Positions 10,711 to 23,436 are shown, numbered from the stretch's first letter. The stretch is DNA of 64,000 bases from an uncultured Campylobacterales bacterium (GCA_902727925.1 CACVAW010000010.1:8726-72725); one strand, 5' to 3'. Notes: a model not told the origin generated them from the sequence alone. Program-made: numbers and translations.

Positions 10711-10786
10711 TAAAAGGAGCAAAGCTCCGCGAACCGTCCGTTGAGGACAGCATTTTGGAATTCACTTCCAAAATAGCGTATAAAAA
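10711..10786 (+). promoter_or_regulatory. Structured intercistronic RNA element, copy A (three hairpins) between rpsL and rpsG
   Basis: H1 is GGAGC-AAA-GCTCC (10716-10728). H2 is GTCC-GTTGA-GGAC (10736-10748). H3 is ATTTTGGAA-TTCAC-TTCCAAAAT (10752-10774). By my ungapped hand alignment, 63 of 76 positions are identical to copy B. Confidence 0.6.
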
Positions 10787-10794
10787 GGAAATAA

Positions 10795-11271
<477 letters not shown>

Positions 11272-11375
11272 GACTCGTAGAAAAACAATAATTTCTTATT
11301 ATTTTTCCGAGTCGCACCAAGTTGTGATGTGCGAAGCACCACTACTTGGAACACATATAATTTGGACGTCCTCAC

Positions 11376-11450
11376 TAAAAGGAGCAAAGCTCCGTGAGCC
11401 GTCCGCTGAGGACAGAATCTAGGAATTTACTTCCTAGTATTCGTATAAAA
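11376..11450 (+). promoter_or_regulatory. Structured intercistronic RNA element, copy B, between rpsG and fusA
   Basis: H1 is GGAGC-AAA-GCTCC (11381-11393). H2 is GTCC-GCTGA-GGAC (11401-11413). H3 is CTAGGAA-TTTAC-TTCCTAG (11419-11437). Two base pairs in H3 differ from copy A in a compensatory way. Confidence 0.6.
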
Positions 11451-11453
11451 ATG

Positions 11454-11495
11454 AAAAAGGTTTCCTTAATATCTTTAAAAAAGGAAACCTTTTTT
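11454..11495 (+). terminator. Intrinsic-terminator-like hairpin (possible attenuator) 25 nt upstream of fusA
   Basis: aaaaaggtttcctt (11454-11467) pairs perfectly with aaggaaaccttttt (11481-11494) around a 13-nt loop. An extra T follows, so the stem is flanked by an A-tract and a T-tract. Confidence 0.4.
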
Positions 11496-11519
11496 AAAGA
11501 TATTAAGGAACATAACAAA

Positions 11520-13598
11520 ATGGCAAGACAAACCCCCCTAAATAAAGTTAGAAATATAGGAATTGCTGCACATATCGATGCAGGTAAAACTACAACTACT
11601 GAGAGAATACTCTTTTATACAGGTATATCACATAAAATTGGTGAAGTTCATGATGGCGATGCTACTATGGATTGGATGGAACAAGAACGTGAACGTGGTA
11701 TTACAATTACAAGTGCTGCTACAACATGTACTTGGGATAATCACCAAATAAACATTATAGATACTCCTGGTCACGTTGACTTTACTATTGAAGTTGAAAG
11801 ATCTATGAGAGTACTTGATGGTGCTGTTGCAGTATTCTGTGCAGTTGGTGGAGTTCAACCTCAAAGTGAGACTGTATGGAGACAAGCAAATAGATATAAA
11901 GTTCCTAGAATGATTTTTGTAAACAAAATGGATAGAACTGGTGCTGACTTTTTTGAAGTTGAAACACAAGTAAGAGAAAAACTAAAAGCTAATCCAGTAC
12001 CAATACAAATACCAATAGGAGCTGAAGATCAGTTCAAAGGTGTAATTGATCTTGTACAAATGAAAGCTCTCGTTTGGGAAGATGATGCTGCTATGGGTTC
12101 AAACTACGAAGTTAAAGACATACCTGCAGAATACCAAGCAAAAGCTGATGAATATAGAGAAAAACTAATCGAATCAATTGCTGATACTGATGAAGTACTT
12201 ATGAATAAATATTTTGATGGCGAAGAAATTACAATATCTGAAGTAAAAGCAGCTATTAAAAAAGCTTGTTTAGCACTTACAATTGTACCAATGGCACTAG
12301 GAACTGCATTTAAAAACAAAGGTGTTCAGCCTTTACTTGACGCTGTTGTTGATTATATGCCAGCTCCTACTGAAGTTGAAGCTATTCCTGGTGAATATGA
12401 AGATGGTACTGAAACTATAGTTGAAGCTACAGATGACGGTGAAGCTGCTGCTCTAGCATTTAAAATTATGACTGATCCATTTGTTGGACAACTTACATTT
12501 GTAAGAGTTTATAGAGGTAAAATAGAAAGTGGAAGCTATATCTATAATACTGTAAAAAACAAAAAAGAAAGAGTTGGAAGACTTGTTAAAATGCACTCAA
12601 ACAAAAGAGAAGAAGTAAAAGAACTTTATGCTGGTGAAATAGGTGCAGTTGTTGGTCTTAAAGACACTCTTACAGGGGACACAATAGCAGGTGAAAAAGA
12701 TAGAGTAATACTAGAAAAAATGGATTTCCCAGATCCAGTAATATCAGTAGCAGTTGAGCCAAAAACAAAAGCTGATCAAGAAAAAATGGGTATAGCACTA
12801 CAAAAACTTGCTCAAGAAGATCCAAGCTTTAGAGTAAAAACTGATGAAGAAAGTGGTCAAACAATAATCTCAGGAATGGGTGAACTTCACCTTGAAATTC
12901 TTGTAGACAGAATGATGAGAGAATTCAAAGTTGACGCAGAAGTTGGAGCTCCACAAGTTGCATATAGAGAAACTATCAAGAAACCAGTTGAACAAGAATA
13001 TAAATATGCTAAACAATCAGGTGGTAGAGGTCAATTTGGTCACGTATTCTTAAAAATTGAACCAACAGAAGCTGGAAGTGGATATGAGTTTATAAATGCA
13101 ATTAAAGGTGGATCTATTCCAAAAGAATATATTCCAGCTGTTGATAAGGGTGTTCAAGAAGCAATGCAAGGTGGAGTTCTAGCAGGTTACGCTATAGAAG
13201 ATATCAAAGTAACTGTATATGATGGAAGCTACCATGATGTTGATTCATCTGAAATGGCGTTTAAATTAGCTGCTTCAATGGGCTTTAAAGCAGGTGCAAA
13301 AAGTGCAGATCCAGCAATACTTGAACCTTTAATGAAAGTTGAAGTTGAAGTACCTGAAGAGTATATGGGTGATGTAATCGGAGATCTAAATAGAAGAAGA
13401 GGTCAGGTAAACAATATGAGTGATAGAAGTGGAAACAAAATAGTTGATGCTTTTGTACCATTGTCAGAAATGTTTGGATATTCTACAGATCTAAGATCAT
13501 CAACTCAGGGTCGTGCAACATACGCTATGGAATTTGATCACTATTCAGAAGTACCAAAAAGTGTTGCTGAAGAAATAATCAAAACAAGAAACGGATAG
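11520..13598 (+). CDS. fusA: Translation elongation factor G
   Basis: [35 protein letters not shown]...DTPGHVDF... The ATG at 11520 is preceded by AAGGAA. The 42-codon upstream extension in the track is rejected. Confidence 0.97.
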   Translation: MARQTPLNKVRNIGIAAHIDAGKTTTTERILFYTGISHKIGEVHDGDATMDWMEQERERGITITSAATTCTWDNHQINIIDTPGHVDFTIEVERSMRVLDGAVAVFCAVGGVQPQSETVWRQANRYKVPRMIFVNKMDRTGADFFEVETQVREKLKANPVPIQIPIGAEDQFKGVIDLVQMKALVWEDDAAMGSNYEVKDIPAEYQAKADEYREKLIESIADTDEVLMNKYFDGEEITISEVKAAIKKACLALTIVPMALGTAFKNKGVQPLLDAVVDYMPAPTEVEAIPGEYEDGTETIVEATDDGEAAALAFKIMTDPFVGQLTFVRVYRGKIESGSYIYNTVKNKKERVGRLVKMHSNKREEVKELYAGEIGAVVGLKDTLTGDTIAGEKDRVILEKMDFPDPVISVAVEPKTKADQEKMGIALQKLAQEDPSFRVKTDEESGQTIISGMGELHLEILVDRMMREFKVDAEVGAPQVAYRETIKKPVEQEYKYAKQSGGRGQFGHVFLKIEPTEAGSGYEFINAIKGGSIPKEYIPAVDKGVQEAMQGGVLAGYAIEDIKVTVYDGSYHDVDSSEMAFKLAASMGFKAGAKSADPAILEPLMKVEVEVPEEYMGDVIGDLNRRRGQVNNMSDRSGNKIVDAFVPLSEMFGYSTDLRSSTQGRATYAMEFDHYSEVPKSVAEEIIKTRNG

Positions 13599-13611
13599 TA
13601 ACTATTCATAT

Positions 13612-13644
13612 CTTATATTGAGGGAGATTTTCCCTCAATATAAG
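13612..13644 (+). terminator. Hairpin downstream of fusA (candidate terminator)
   Basis: cttatattgaggga (13612-13625) and tccctcaatataag (13631-13644) form a 14-bp perfect stem with a 5-nt loop. No clean T-tract follows. Confidence 0.5.
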
Positions 13645-13785
13645 AAAGATATATAACCCAAACTTACATAATTACCGACAAAAACATTTCTTAAAACAAA
13701 ATCAATTAATATTATTCAAATAAACCTCACTATAAATATAATTAAAATATATACTAAATTTCAACTTTAAATAACCATTAAAATT

Positions 13786-13840
13786 TTATTCACATTAGAA
13801 ACTTTTAAAGTTATTCACATTGTGCCTAATATGTGAATAA
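13786..13840. other. DnaA-box cluster upstream of dnaA (candidate oriC part 1 and dnaA autoregulatory region)
   Basis: TTATTCACA occurs at 13786-13794 and 13811-13819, and the inverted copy TGTGAATAA at 13832-13840. These are three perfect 9-mers within 55 bp, embedded in a 294-bp AT-rich intergenic region. Confidence 0.6.
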
Positions 13841-13853
13841 CTACTATTTTATT

Positions 13854-13862
13854 TGATATAAT
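13854..13862 (+). promoter_or_regulatory. Candidate extended -10 box (TGATATAAT) for dnaA
   Basis: A TGnTATAAT match 31 nt upstream of the dnaA TTG start. Confidence 0.35.
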
Positions 13863-13892
13863 TCTTTCTTAAATTATTTAAAAGGAATAGAG

Positions 13893-15203
13893 TTGGACAT
13901 TGATATTGATCAAGTACTTTTAAAATTAAAGACAAGTTTAACAAATGAAATATATTCAAAATATATTCAAAATCTCAAATTCAAAAAAAATACTTCTAAT
14001 GAAAATAACTTATATTTCATAGCTCCAAACAAAATAATTGCTAACTGGATACAAACGAAATATTCTGATAAGATATCAAATGCTTATGAAACTTTATATA
14101 ATCAAAAAGTAACTGTACATATTCAAACAAAAGATACTAAAACATCAAAAAACAATAGCAAGCTTTTAATCAAAAAAGATAATAATAACAGTATTTTAAA
14201 TCCTACTTATACCTTTGAAAGTTTTGTAGTAGGAAGTTCAAATGAGTTTGCTTATAACGCTGCACTTGCTGTTGCTAAACATATTGGAACTGCTTATAAT
14301 CCTATGTTTATCTATGGTCCTACAGGACTTGGAAAAACACATTTAATTCATTCTATTGGAAATTATGCTCAAGAGAGAAATAAAAATGTAATGTATATTA
14401 CTAGTGAACAGTTTATGAATGATTTTTTCTATAATATACAAAACAAGTCTATGAATAATTTTAGAAGCAAATATAGAAATTGCGATATTTTACTTATTGA
14501 TGATATACAGTTTTTTTCAAATAAAGAAAAAATACAAGAAGAATTTTTTCATACATTTAACGAACTATATTCAAATAATAAACAAATCATTTTAACATCT
14601 GACAAACCTCCTAAAATGATAAAAGGACTTGAAGAGAGATTAAAGTCAAGATTTGAATGGGGTCTAATTGCTGATATATCTATACCTGAACTTGAAACCA
14701 AAATAGCAATCATAAAGAAAAAATGCGAAATTGATAAAATCAATCTAAATAATGAAGTAATAAACTATATAGCTGCAAATATGGGAGACAATATCCGTGA
14801 AATAGAAAGCGCAATAATTAATCTAAACGCATATGCAAATCTAATGAAACAAAACATCACACTTGAATTTGCAAAAAATGTAATAAAAGATCAAATAAAA
14901 GAAAAAAGAGACCATATTTCCATAGAAGATATAATCAAAACAGTATCAAGAACACTAAACCTAAAACCAAATGAAATCAAATCAAAATCAAGAAATAAAA
15001 ATATAGTTCAAGCAAGACGTATAGTAATATATCTTTCACGTGAACTTACTCCAAATTCTATGCCTACAATTGCATCATTTTTTAGTATGAAAGATCATAC
15101 TTCAATATCAAAAAATATGAAAAAAATTTCAAGTCTATTAATAGAAGATGAACTCTTTAAATTAACAGTCGAAGAAATTAAAAATAAAATATTAAGTGAC
15201 TAA
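13893..15203 (+). CDS. dnaA: Chromosomal replication initiator protein DnaA
   Basis: 436 aa with the AAA+ Walker A GPTGLGKTHL, Walker B LLIDDIQF, and a C-terminal DNA-binding domain (VQARRIVIYLSRELT...SFFSMKDHTSI). It starts at a TTG preceded by AAAGGAA. Confidence 0.95.
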   Translation: MDIDIDQVLLKLKTSLTNEIYSKYIQNLKFKKNTSNENNLYFIAPNKIIANWIQTKYSDKISNAYETLYNQKVTVHIQTKDTKTSKNNSKLLIKKDNNNSILNPTYTFESFVVGSSNEFAYNAALAVAKHIGTAYNPMFIYGPTGLGKTHLIHSIGNYAQERNKNVMYITSEQFMNDFFYNIQNKSMNNFRSKYRNCDILLIDDIQFFSNKEKIQEEFFHTFNELYSNNKQIILTSDKPPKMIKGLEERLKSRFEWGLIADISIPELETKIAIIKKKCEIDKINLNNEVINYIAANMGDNIREIESAIINLNAYANLMKQNITLEFAKNVIKDQIKEKRDHISIEDIIKTVSRTLNLKPNEIKSKSRNKNIVQARRIVIYLSRELTPNSMPTIASFFSMKDHTSISKNMKKISSLLIEDELFKLTVEEIKNKILSD

Positions 15204-15205
15204 TA

Positions 15206-15231
15206 GTGAACAAAGATTTTTTTTTGTTCAC
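15206..15231 (+). terminator. Hairpin directly after dnaA
   Basis: gtgaacaaa (15206-15214) and tttgttcac (15223-15231) form a 9-bp stem around a T-rich loop. Confidence 0.35.
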
Positions 15232-15266
15232 ATCTAAAGATACCTTATCTAAAAGCTTATTCTAAC

Positions 15267-15275
15267 TTATTCACA
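15267..15275 (+). other. DnaA box in the dnaA-dnaN intergenic region (candidate oriC part 2)
   Basis: A perfect TTATTCACA. It is followed by an AT-rich stretch containing the direct 9-mer repeat CTACAAACA at 15301-15309 and 15327-15335. Confidence 0.4.
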
Positions 15276-15426
15276 AATTCACTGACCTATACTTTTACTA
15301 CTACAAACAAATACATTAATTATAGACTACAAACAGACAAATATAAGTTATACTTTACTTTTGGTATAACAAGCATTTTTTAAGTATAATAATCTTTTGA
15401 TTTGCATATAAATTTTAGGAGTTTAA

Positions 15427-18832
<3,406 letters not shown>

Positions 18833-18841
18833 GAAGATAAA

Positions 18842-19240
18842 ATGAATTTACTAAAAATATCTAATGACAAACTAGCTTATTTTTGTTTTAGGTTTGCATT
18901 AGGTATTAGTATATTAATGCATGGATTAGTTCGTATTCCAAAACTGGGTGAATTTGCTAATTGGGTATCAACTAATTTTGAAAATACTATAATCTCAGGT
19001 TATTCATCACTTTTATTTGGGTATACAGTTCCTATTGTTGAGGTTAGTATTGGCATACTTATATTACTTGGTGGAAAATTTATCCGTTATGGGTTAGCTT
19101 TAGGTATGATTTTGATGGGAATACTTATGTTTGGATCATGTTTGATTGAAAAATGGGAATGGTTAGTTTCTCAATTAATTCATTTAGGTCTATTTTATGC
19201 TTTATTGATAAATAAAAACACTCCAGATTATACAAAGTAA
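18842..19240 (+). CDS. Small 4-TM membrane protein (DoxX-like, tentative)
   Basis: 132 aa and hydrophobic. The N-terminal FRFALGISILMHGLVRIPKL resembles DoxX-family openings. Confidence 0.35.
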   Translation: MNLLKISNDKLAYFCFRFALGISILMHGLVRIPKLGEFANWVSTNFENTIISGYSSLLFGYTVPIVEVSIGILILLGGKFIRYGLALGMILMGILMFGSCLIEKWEWLVSQLIHLGLFYALLINKNTPDYTK

Positions 19241-19266
19241 CACTCTAAATATAAAGGTTTAAATTA

Positions 19267-20190
19267 TTGGAAATATTTTTTAGTATTTTTTATAAATTGA
19301 TATTTTTGTATTCATTTATTTTTATGGGTTTTGTGATTACTAAAACTCTCAAAATAAATATGGATGATATCTCAAAACTACTTATATATTTAATTACTCC
19401 TATGGTAGCATTTTTTGCTGGATATAATATAGAACTAAGTTCACTAGTACTATTTTCACCTGCTATATTTTTTGTACTATTTTTTATTGTTCAATACAGT
19501 GCATTTTATATTATCTCTATATTTGTAAAAGACAAAAGAAGAAGAATATTGTCGTTTTTGACAGTAGAAAAAAATACAGGTTATCTTGGCCTTCCAGTTG
19601 CTATGTTTTTATTTGATGAAAATATAGTTTTTATGTATATGATTACTATTGTTGGTGGTGTTATAGCTGAGTCTAGTATCGGTATATATATGATATCTCG
19701 TGGAAATTATAGCTTTAAACAAAGTGTTTTAAAACTCCTTAAAATCCCTATTATTTATGCTGTTATACTAGGTCTTTTCCTTAATTTTGCTAATGCTACT
19801 TTACCGGATATGGTACTTAGCTATGAAGATTATTTTAAATATACGTATTCGTTTCTAGGTATGTTTATTATTGGTATTGGATTAGCAGGAATAAAAAGTA
19901 TCAAGTTTGGTAAATTATTTTTAATTATTCCTATTTTAGGTTCATTTGTTCTTTGGCCTTGTATTACACTAGGTATCATATATTTAGATGATATTTTTTA
20001 TAATTTTATTACTAATGATTTAGAAAAAGTATTTCTACTAGCTTCTATTATGCCAATAGCTGCAAATGTTATACCCTTTGCAAATCTATTTGGATATGAT
20101 ACTGAGAAGGTCTCTTTTGTACTAGTTATTAGTACACTTTTAGCACTTATTTATATTCCTTTTATAATATATCTTTTGGGTCTTATGTAG
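19267..20190 (+). CDS. AEC (auxin efflux carrier) family permease, paralogue 1
   Basis: 307 aa with about 10 TM segments. It contains NTGYLGLPVAMFLF and a family-like C-terminal half. TTG start. Confidence 0.65.
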   Translation: MEIFFSIFYKLIFLYSFIFMGFVITKTLKINMDDISKLLIYLITPMVAFFAGYNIELSSLVLFSPAIFFVLFFIVQYSAFYIISIFVKDKRRRILSFLTVEKNTGYLGLPVAMFLFDENIVFMYMITIVGGVIAESSIGIYMISRGNYSFKQSVLKLLKIPIIYAVILGLFLNFANATLPDMVLSYEDYFKYTYSFLGMFIIGIGLAGIKSIKFGKLFLIIPILGSFVLWPCITLGIIYLDDIFYNFITNDLEKVFLLASIMPIAANVIPFANLFGYDTEKVSFVLVISTLLALIYIPFIIYLLGLM

Positions 20191-21108
20191 ATGGAAATAT
20201 TCTATGAACTAGCTATCAAAATATGTTTTTTATATAGCTTTATATTTATGGGTTTTGTCATGACAAAGGTATTTGATCTAAAGCTCCATGATACTTCAAA
20301 AATGCTTATATATTTAGTTGCTCCTGTAGTAGTTTTTTTTGGTGGGTATAATGTAGACATAAATGTTTCAGTACTTTTTGCTCCAGTTTTACTGTTTTTT
20401 ATATTTACTTTTATTTTGTATTTCTCTTTTTACTTACTAAAACTATTAGGACGAGGTGAAAACAAAAGAATACTTTCATATGTATGTGCAAGTACAAATG
20501 CTGGGTATTTAGGTATTCCTATAGCTATTTTTATATTTGATGAAGCTTCTATTTATATACTTAGTTGTGTTGGTATTATGATGGCAACATCAAGCGTAGG
20601 AGTATATCTTATTTCAAGAGGTAAATACTCACTTAAGCAAAGTCTTATTAATACATTTAGTATTCCTCTTATATATATGGTACTCTTAGGCTTAGTGCTT
20701 AACTACAATGAAGTAAAGTTACCTGAGACAATTTTAATGTATGAAAATTATTTCAAATATTCATATTCATTTTTAGGGATGTTTATTGCGGGTATTGCAT
20801 TAGGTCAAATAAAAAAAATAGAATTTGATAAGTTTTTTATATTTTGGTCACTATTCTTTTCATATATTATTTGGCCAGTAGTTGTTTTTGGAGTTATCTA
20901 TATAGACGGACTATTTTTGGATCTCTTATATCCAGAGCTTGAAAAAGTATTTATATTAATATCTATCTTACCTATGGCAGCAGTTGTAATTCCATATGCT
21001 AGTATATTTAATTACAACGTAGATAAGATAGCTTTTACTTTGGTAATTAATACGCTTTTTGCAGTTTTATATCTACCAGTGATGATATATCTTTTAGGAT
21101 TGAGTTAG
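20191..21108 (+). CDS. AEC family permease, paralogue 2 (tandem duplicate)
   Basis: 305 aa, collinear with the upstream gene at roughly half identical residues by eye (MEIF..FLYSFIFMGFV.TK..., YFKY.YSFLGMFI.GI.L, LEKVF.L.SI.P.AA.VIP). Its ATG immediately follows the upstream TAG. Confidence 0.65.
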   Translation: MEIFYELAIKICFLYSFIFMGFVMTKVFDLKLHDTSKMLIYLVAPVVVFFGGYNVDINVSVLFAPVLLFFIFTFILYFSFYLLKLLGRGENKRILSYVCASTNAGYLGIPIAIFIFDEASIYILSCVGIMMATSSVGVYLISRGKYSLKQSLINTFSIPLIYMVLLGLVLNYNEVKLPETILMYENYFKYSYSFLGMFIAGIALGQIKKIEFDKFFIFWSLFFSYIIWPVVVFGVIYIDGLFLDLLYPELEKVFILISILPMAAVVIPYASIFNYNVDKIAFTLVINTLFAVLYLPVMIYLLGLS

Positions 21109-21148
21109 AGTTTTTTTCTAATATTTGATTAAATAAAACATATTAGAT

Positions 21149-21154
21149 ATAATA
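21149..21154 (+). promoter_or_regulatory. Candidate -10 box (TATAAT) for the toxin-antitoxin/trpF unit
   Basis: A TATAAT 35 nt upstream of the antitoxin ATG, followed by the AGGAGG RBS. Confidence 0.3.
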
Positions 21155-21189
21155 TTATATGTATTACATTTTGTATTAGGAGGTGTTTT

Positions 21190-21432
21190 ATGCATACTGT
21201 TACATTAAGATCAGATGATGAATTTTATGAAGTACTTTCAGATATATCTAAAAGGCTTAATCTCACAAAAAGTGAATTTATTCGTAGAAGTGTGATGGAC
21301 TACAAAAAAAAACTTGATATAGCTCTATTAAAAAAACAAATAAAAAATGCTTCTATGGCAGTTCGTACAGAGTCTTTAGATATTTGTAATGAATTTGAAG
21401 ATGCTATAAATGATGGCTTAGAAAGTGTTTAA
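21190..21432 (+). CDS. Ribbon-helix-helix (CopG/MazE-like) antitoxin
   Basis: 80 aa. The N-terminal TVTLRSDDEFYEVLSDISKRLNLTKSEFIRRSV fits a beta-strand plus two helices, as in RHH proteins. It overlaps the toxin start by 8 nt. Confidence 0.65.
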   Translation: MHTVTLRSDDEFYEVLSDISKRLNLTKSEFIRRSVMDYKKKLDIALLKKQIKNASMAVRTESLDICNEFEDAINDGLESV

Positions 21433-21766
21433 AAAGGGTAATATTCATTTAGCAAGACTAAATCCTCGTAAAGGTAATGAAGTAGGTAAAATTAGACCTG
21501 TTTTGATTTATCAAACTGACCTTTTGAATAATATTTCACATCCTACAACGATTGTACTACCATTATCAACTACCATAGCAAAAAATATCTACCCATTAAG
21601 ATATAAGATAAATAAAAGAGATAATCTAAAGCAAGATAGCGCTATTTTATGTGATCAAATTCGTTCTATTGATAATACTAGAATTATGCCTGATGTTGTA
21701 ACAACTCTTAGTGAAGAAGAATTACTAGATATAGATAAGCAAGTGTTACTTATATTGGATACATAA
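21425..21766 (+). CDS. PemK/MazF family endoribonuclease toxin
   Basis: 113 aa with the PemK/MazF pattern: GNIHLARLNPRKGNEVGKIRPVLIYQTDLLN...IVLPLST...DSAILCDQIRSID. GTG start. Confidence 0.82.
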   Translation: MFKKGNIHLARLNPRKGNEVGKIRPVLIYQTDLLNNISHPTTIVLPLSTTIAKNIYPLRYKINKRDNLKQDSAILCDQIRSIDNTRIMPDVVTTLSEEELLDIDKQVLLILDT

Positions 21767-22353
21767 TGAGAGTTAAAATTTGTGGTATTACAAACTTAGA
21801 AGATGCCCTTACTTGTGTTAAGTATGGGGCTGATGCTATAGGGTTTGTATTTTATGAAAAATCAGCGAGATATATAGAACCTGAAAAAGTCAAAAAAATA
21901 ATTTTAGAGCTTCCTCCTTTTATTCAGAGTGTTGGTCTTTTTGTTAATCATACAAGTGATGAAGTAAATAGTATTATGAAAGAGTGTAATCTTGACATTG
22001 CTCAAATGCACAATACTCAAGATGACGAATTTTATAAAAAACTAGAATGTAAATATCTAAAAGTAGCAAGAATCAAAGATGAAAATTCATTTTTGAATAC
22101 TAACGAATATTATATAATAGATGCTTTTGTAGAGCAGTATGGTGGAGAGGGTAAAAGAATAGATACATCTTTATTTAAGAGCCTAGATACATCAAAAATG
22201 ATACTCGCAGGGGGAATCAATACTTCAAACGTACAAGAAGTCTTAAACCTTGGATTTTATGCTTTAGATGTTAGTAGTGGAGTGGAACATACTAAGGGTA
22301 AGAAAGACCATCAAAAAATAAAAGAATTTTTATCATTAGTAAAGAATAAATGA
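21766..22353 (+). CDS. trpF: Phosphoribosylanthranilate isomerase
   Basis: 195 aa, MRVKICGITNLEDA...GADAIGFVFYEKSARYI...LAGGINTSNV. Its ATG shares one nt with the toxin's TAA (TAATG). Confidence 0.9.
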   Translation: MRVKICGITNLEDALTCVKYGADAIGFVFYEKSARYIEPEKVKKIILELPPFIQSVGLFVNHTSDEVNSIMKECNLDIAQMHNTQDDEFYKKLECKYLKVARIKDENSFLNTNEYYIIDAFVEQYGGEGKRIDTSLFKSLDTSKMILAGGINTSNVQEVLNLGFYALDVSSGVEHTKGKKDHQKIKEFLSLVKNK

Positions 22354-23087
22354 AACAGTTATTAAGTAATTTACTAAAGAATAGAGATGTACATCAAAGT
22401 GAAATAGATTTCTATTCAAATAAAGAAGGTCTTGATAGTGATAGTTTTATAGAGTACTTAAGACTTCGTGGACTAGATATAATAAGAAGAGATGATACTT
22501 ATCATCTTGGTATTTTTAAAACTACTATTAAAAACCAACTGTTTTGTATAGTGGATATTGAGTCAAATGGTCCAGACCCACAAAAACACTCCATTATAGA
22601 AATAGGAGCTATCAAATATCAAAATGGCAAAATCATAGATAAATTTAGCTCTTTAGTACATTCAAACGTAGTACCAAAAATGGTTAATGAAGTTACAGGT
22701 ATAGGGATAGACGACTTATTAGATGCTCCATCACTAAACAAAGTGCTTAATGAATTTAGGTTATTTTTAGGTGACGCTGTATTTGTAGCACATAGTGCAA
22801 AATGGGATTACAAGTTTCTTTCTCATAGCTTTGAGAATTGTAATCTTGAACATATGTTTAATCATAAGCTTTGTACATTGAATCTTGCTAGAAGATATAT
22901 AGAAGCTCCAAAACATGGTCTTAGAACATTAAATGAAGTTTTAAATATAGATGTTAATCATCATAGAGCTTATGATGATGCTTATAGTGCTATGAAAGTA
23001 CTAGAGTATTGTTTTGATAAAATTGATTGTGAACAAACAACAGATTTGTTAATTTCTAATAGACTTGCAAGTAAGATAGAGTCTTAG
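22350..23087 (+). CDS. DEDDh 3'-5' exonuclease (DnaQ/epsilon-like) with a roughly 65-aa N-terminal extension
   Basis: Exo I is FCIVDIESNG, Exo II is FVAHSAKWDYKFL, and Exo III is HHRAYDDAYS. Confidence 0.8.
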   Translation: MKQLLSNLLKNRDVHQSEIDFYSNKEGLDSDSFIEYLRLRGLDIIRRDDTYHLGIFKTTIKNQLFCIVDIESNGPDPQKHSIIEIGAIKYQNGKIIDKFSSLVHSNVVPKMVNEVTGIGIDDLLDAPSLNKVLNEFRLFLGDAVFVAHSAKWDYKFLSHSFENCNLEHMFNHKLCTLNLARRYIEAPKHGLRTLNEVLNIDVNHHRAYDDAYSAMKVLEYCFDKIDCEQTTDLLISNRLASKIES

Positions 23088-23136
23088 ATAATTAATAGAA
23101 AATGATAAAATTAGAACATCAAAAAAAGGATTTAAA

Positions 23137-23415
23137 ATGAAAAAAATCGTTCTTATATTAGCTTTTGCTTTTACGTATGTTATTGCTTGTGGAAACTGTG
23201 GATGTGATTCACAAAGTTTTTCTAATAACAATGAAAAAAAAGAAAAAAGACAACCACCAATTGAAGCAATTTCTATTTGTGAAAACAAAGAAGAAGGTTC
23301 ATCTTGTGAAATAATAACAAGAAGAGGTGAAAATGTTGCTGGAACTTGCCAGACTACACCTGATGACAAATATTTTGCATGTGTTCCTAAAAATCACAAA
23401 AGACCACAAAAATAA
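23137..23415 (+). CDS. Small Cys-rich lipoprotein, function unknown
   Basis: 92 aa. It has a signal peptide with the lipobox VIAC (MKKIVLILAFAFTYVIAC). The mature part holds 6 further Cys residues (GNCGC..., SICENK..SSCEI..GTCQ..FACVP). Confidence 0.55.
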   Translation: MKKIVLILAFAFTYVIACGNCGCDSQSFSNNNEKKEKRQPPIEAISICENKEEGSSCEIITRRGENVAGTCQTTPDDKYFACVPKNHKRPQK

Positions 23416-23436
23416 TAGAGAATTCTGAACAATTAT

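Noticed and set aside
11394-11519. The in-frame GTG-initiated extension of fusA, or a leader peptide. The GTG at 11394 sits 9 nt after the AGGAG of repeat copy B, and the encoded SRPLRT... resembles the same frame of copy A (NRPLRT...).
   Set aside because: In copy A the equivalent codon is GCG, with an in-frame TAA just upstream and no start codon, so copy A cannot be translated that way. The substitutions between the copies are compensatory in RNA stems. EF-G homologues begin at MARQTPL... (11520), which has its own AAGGAA RBS.
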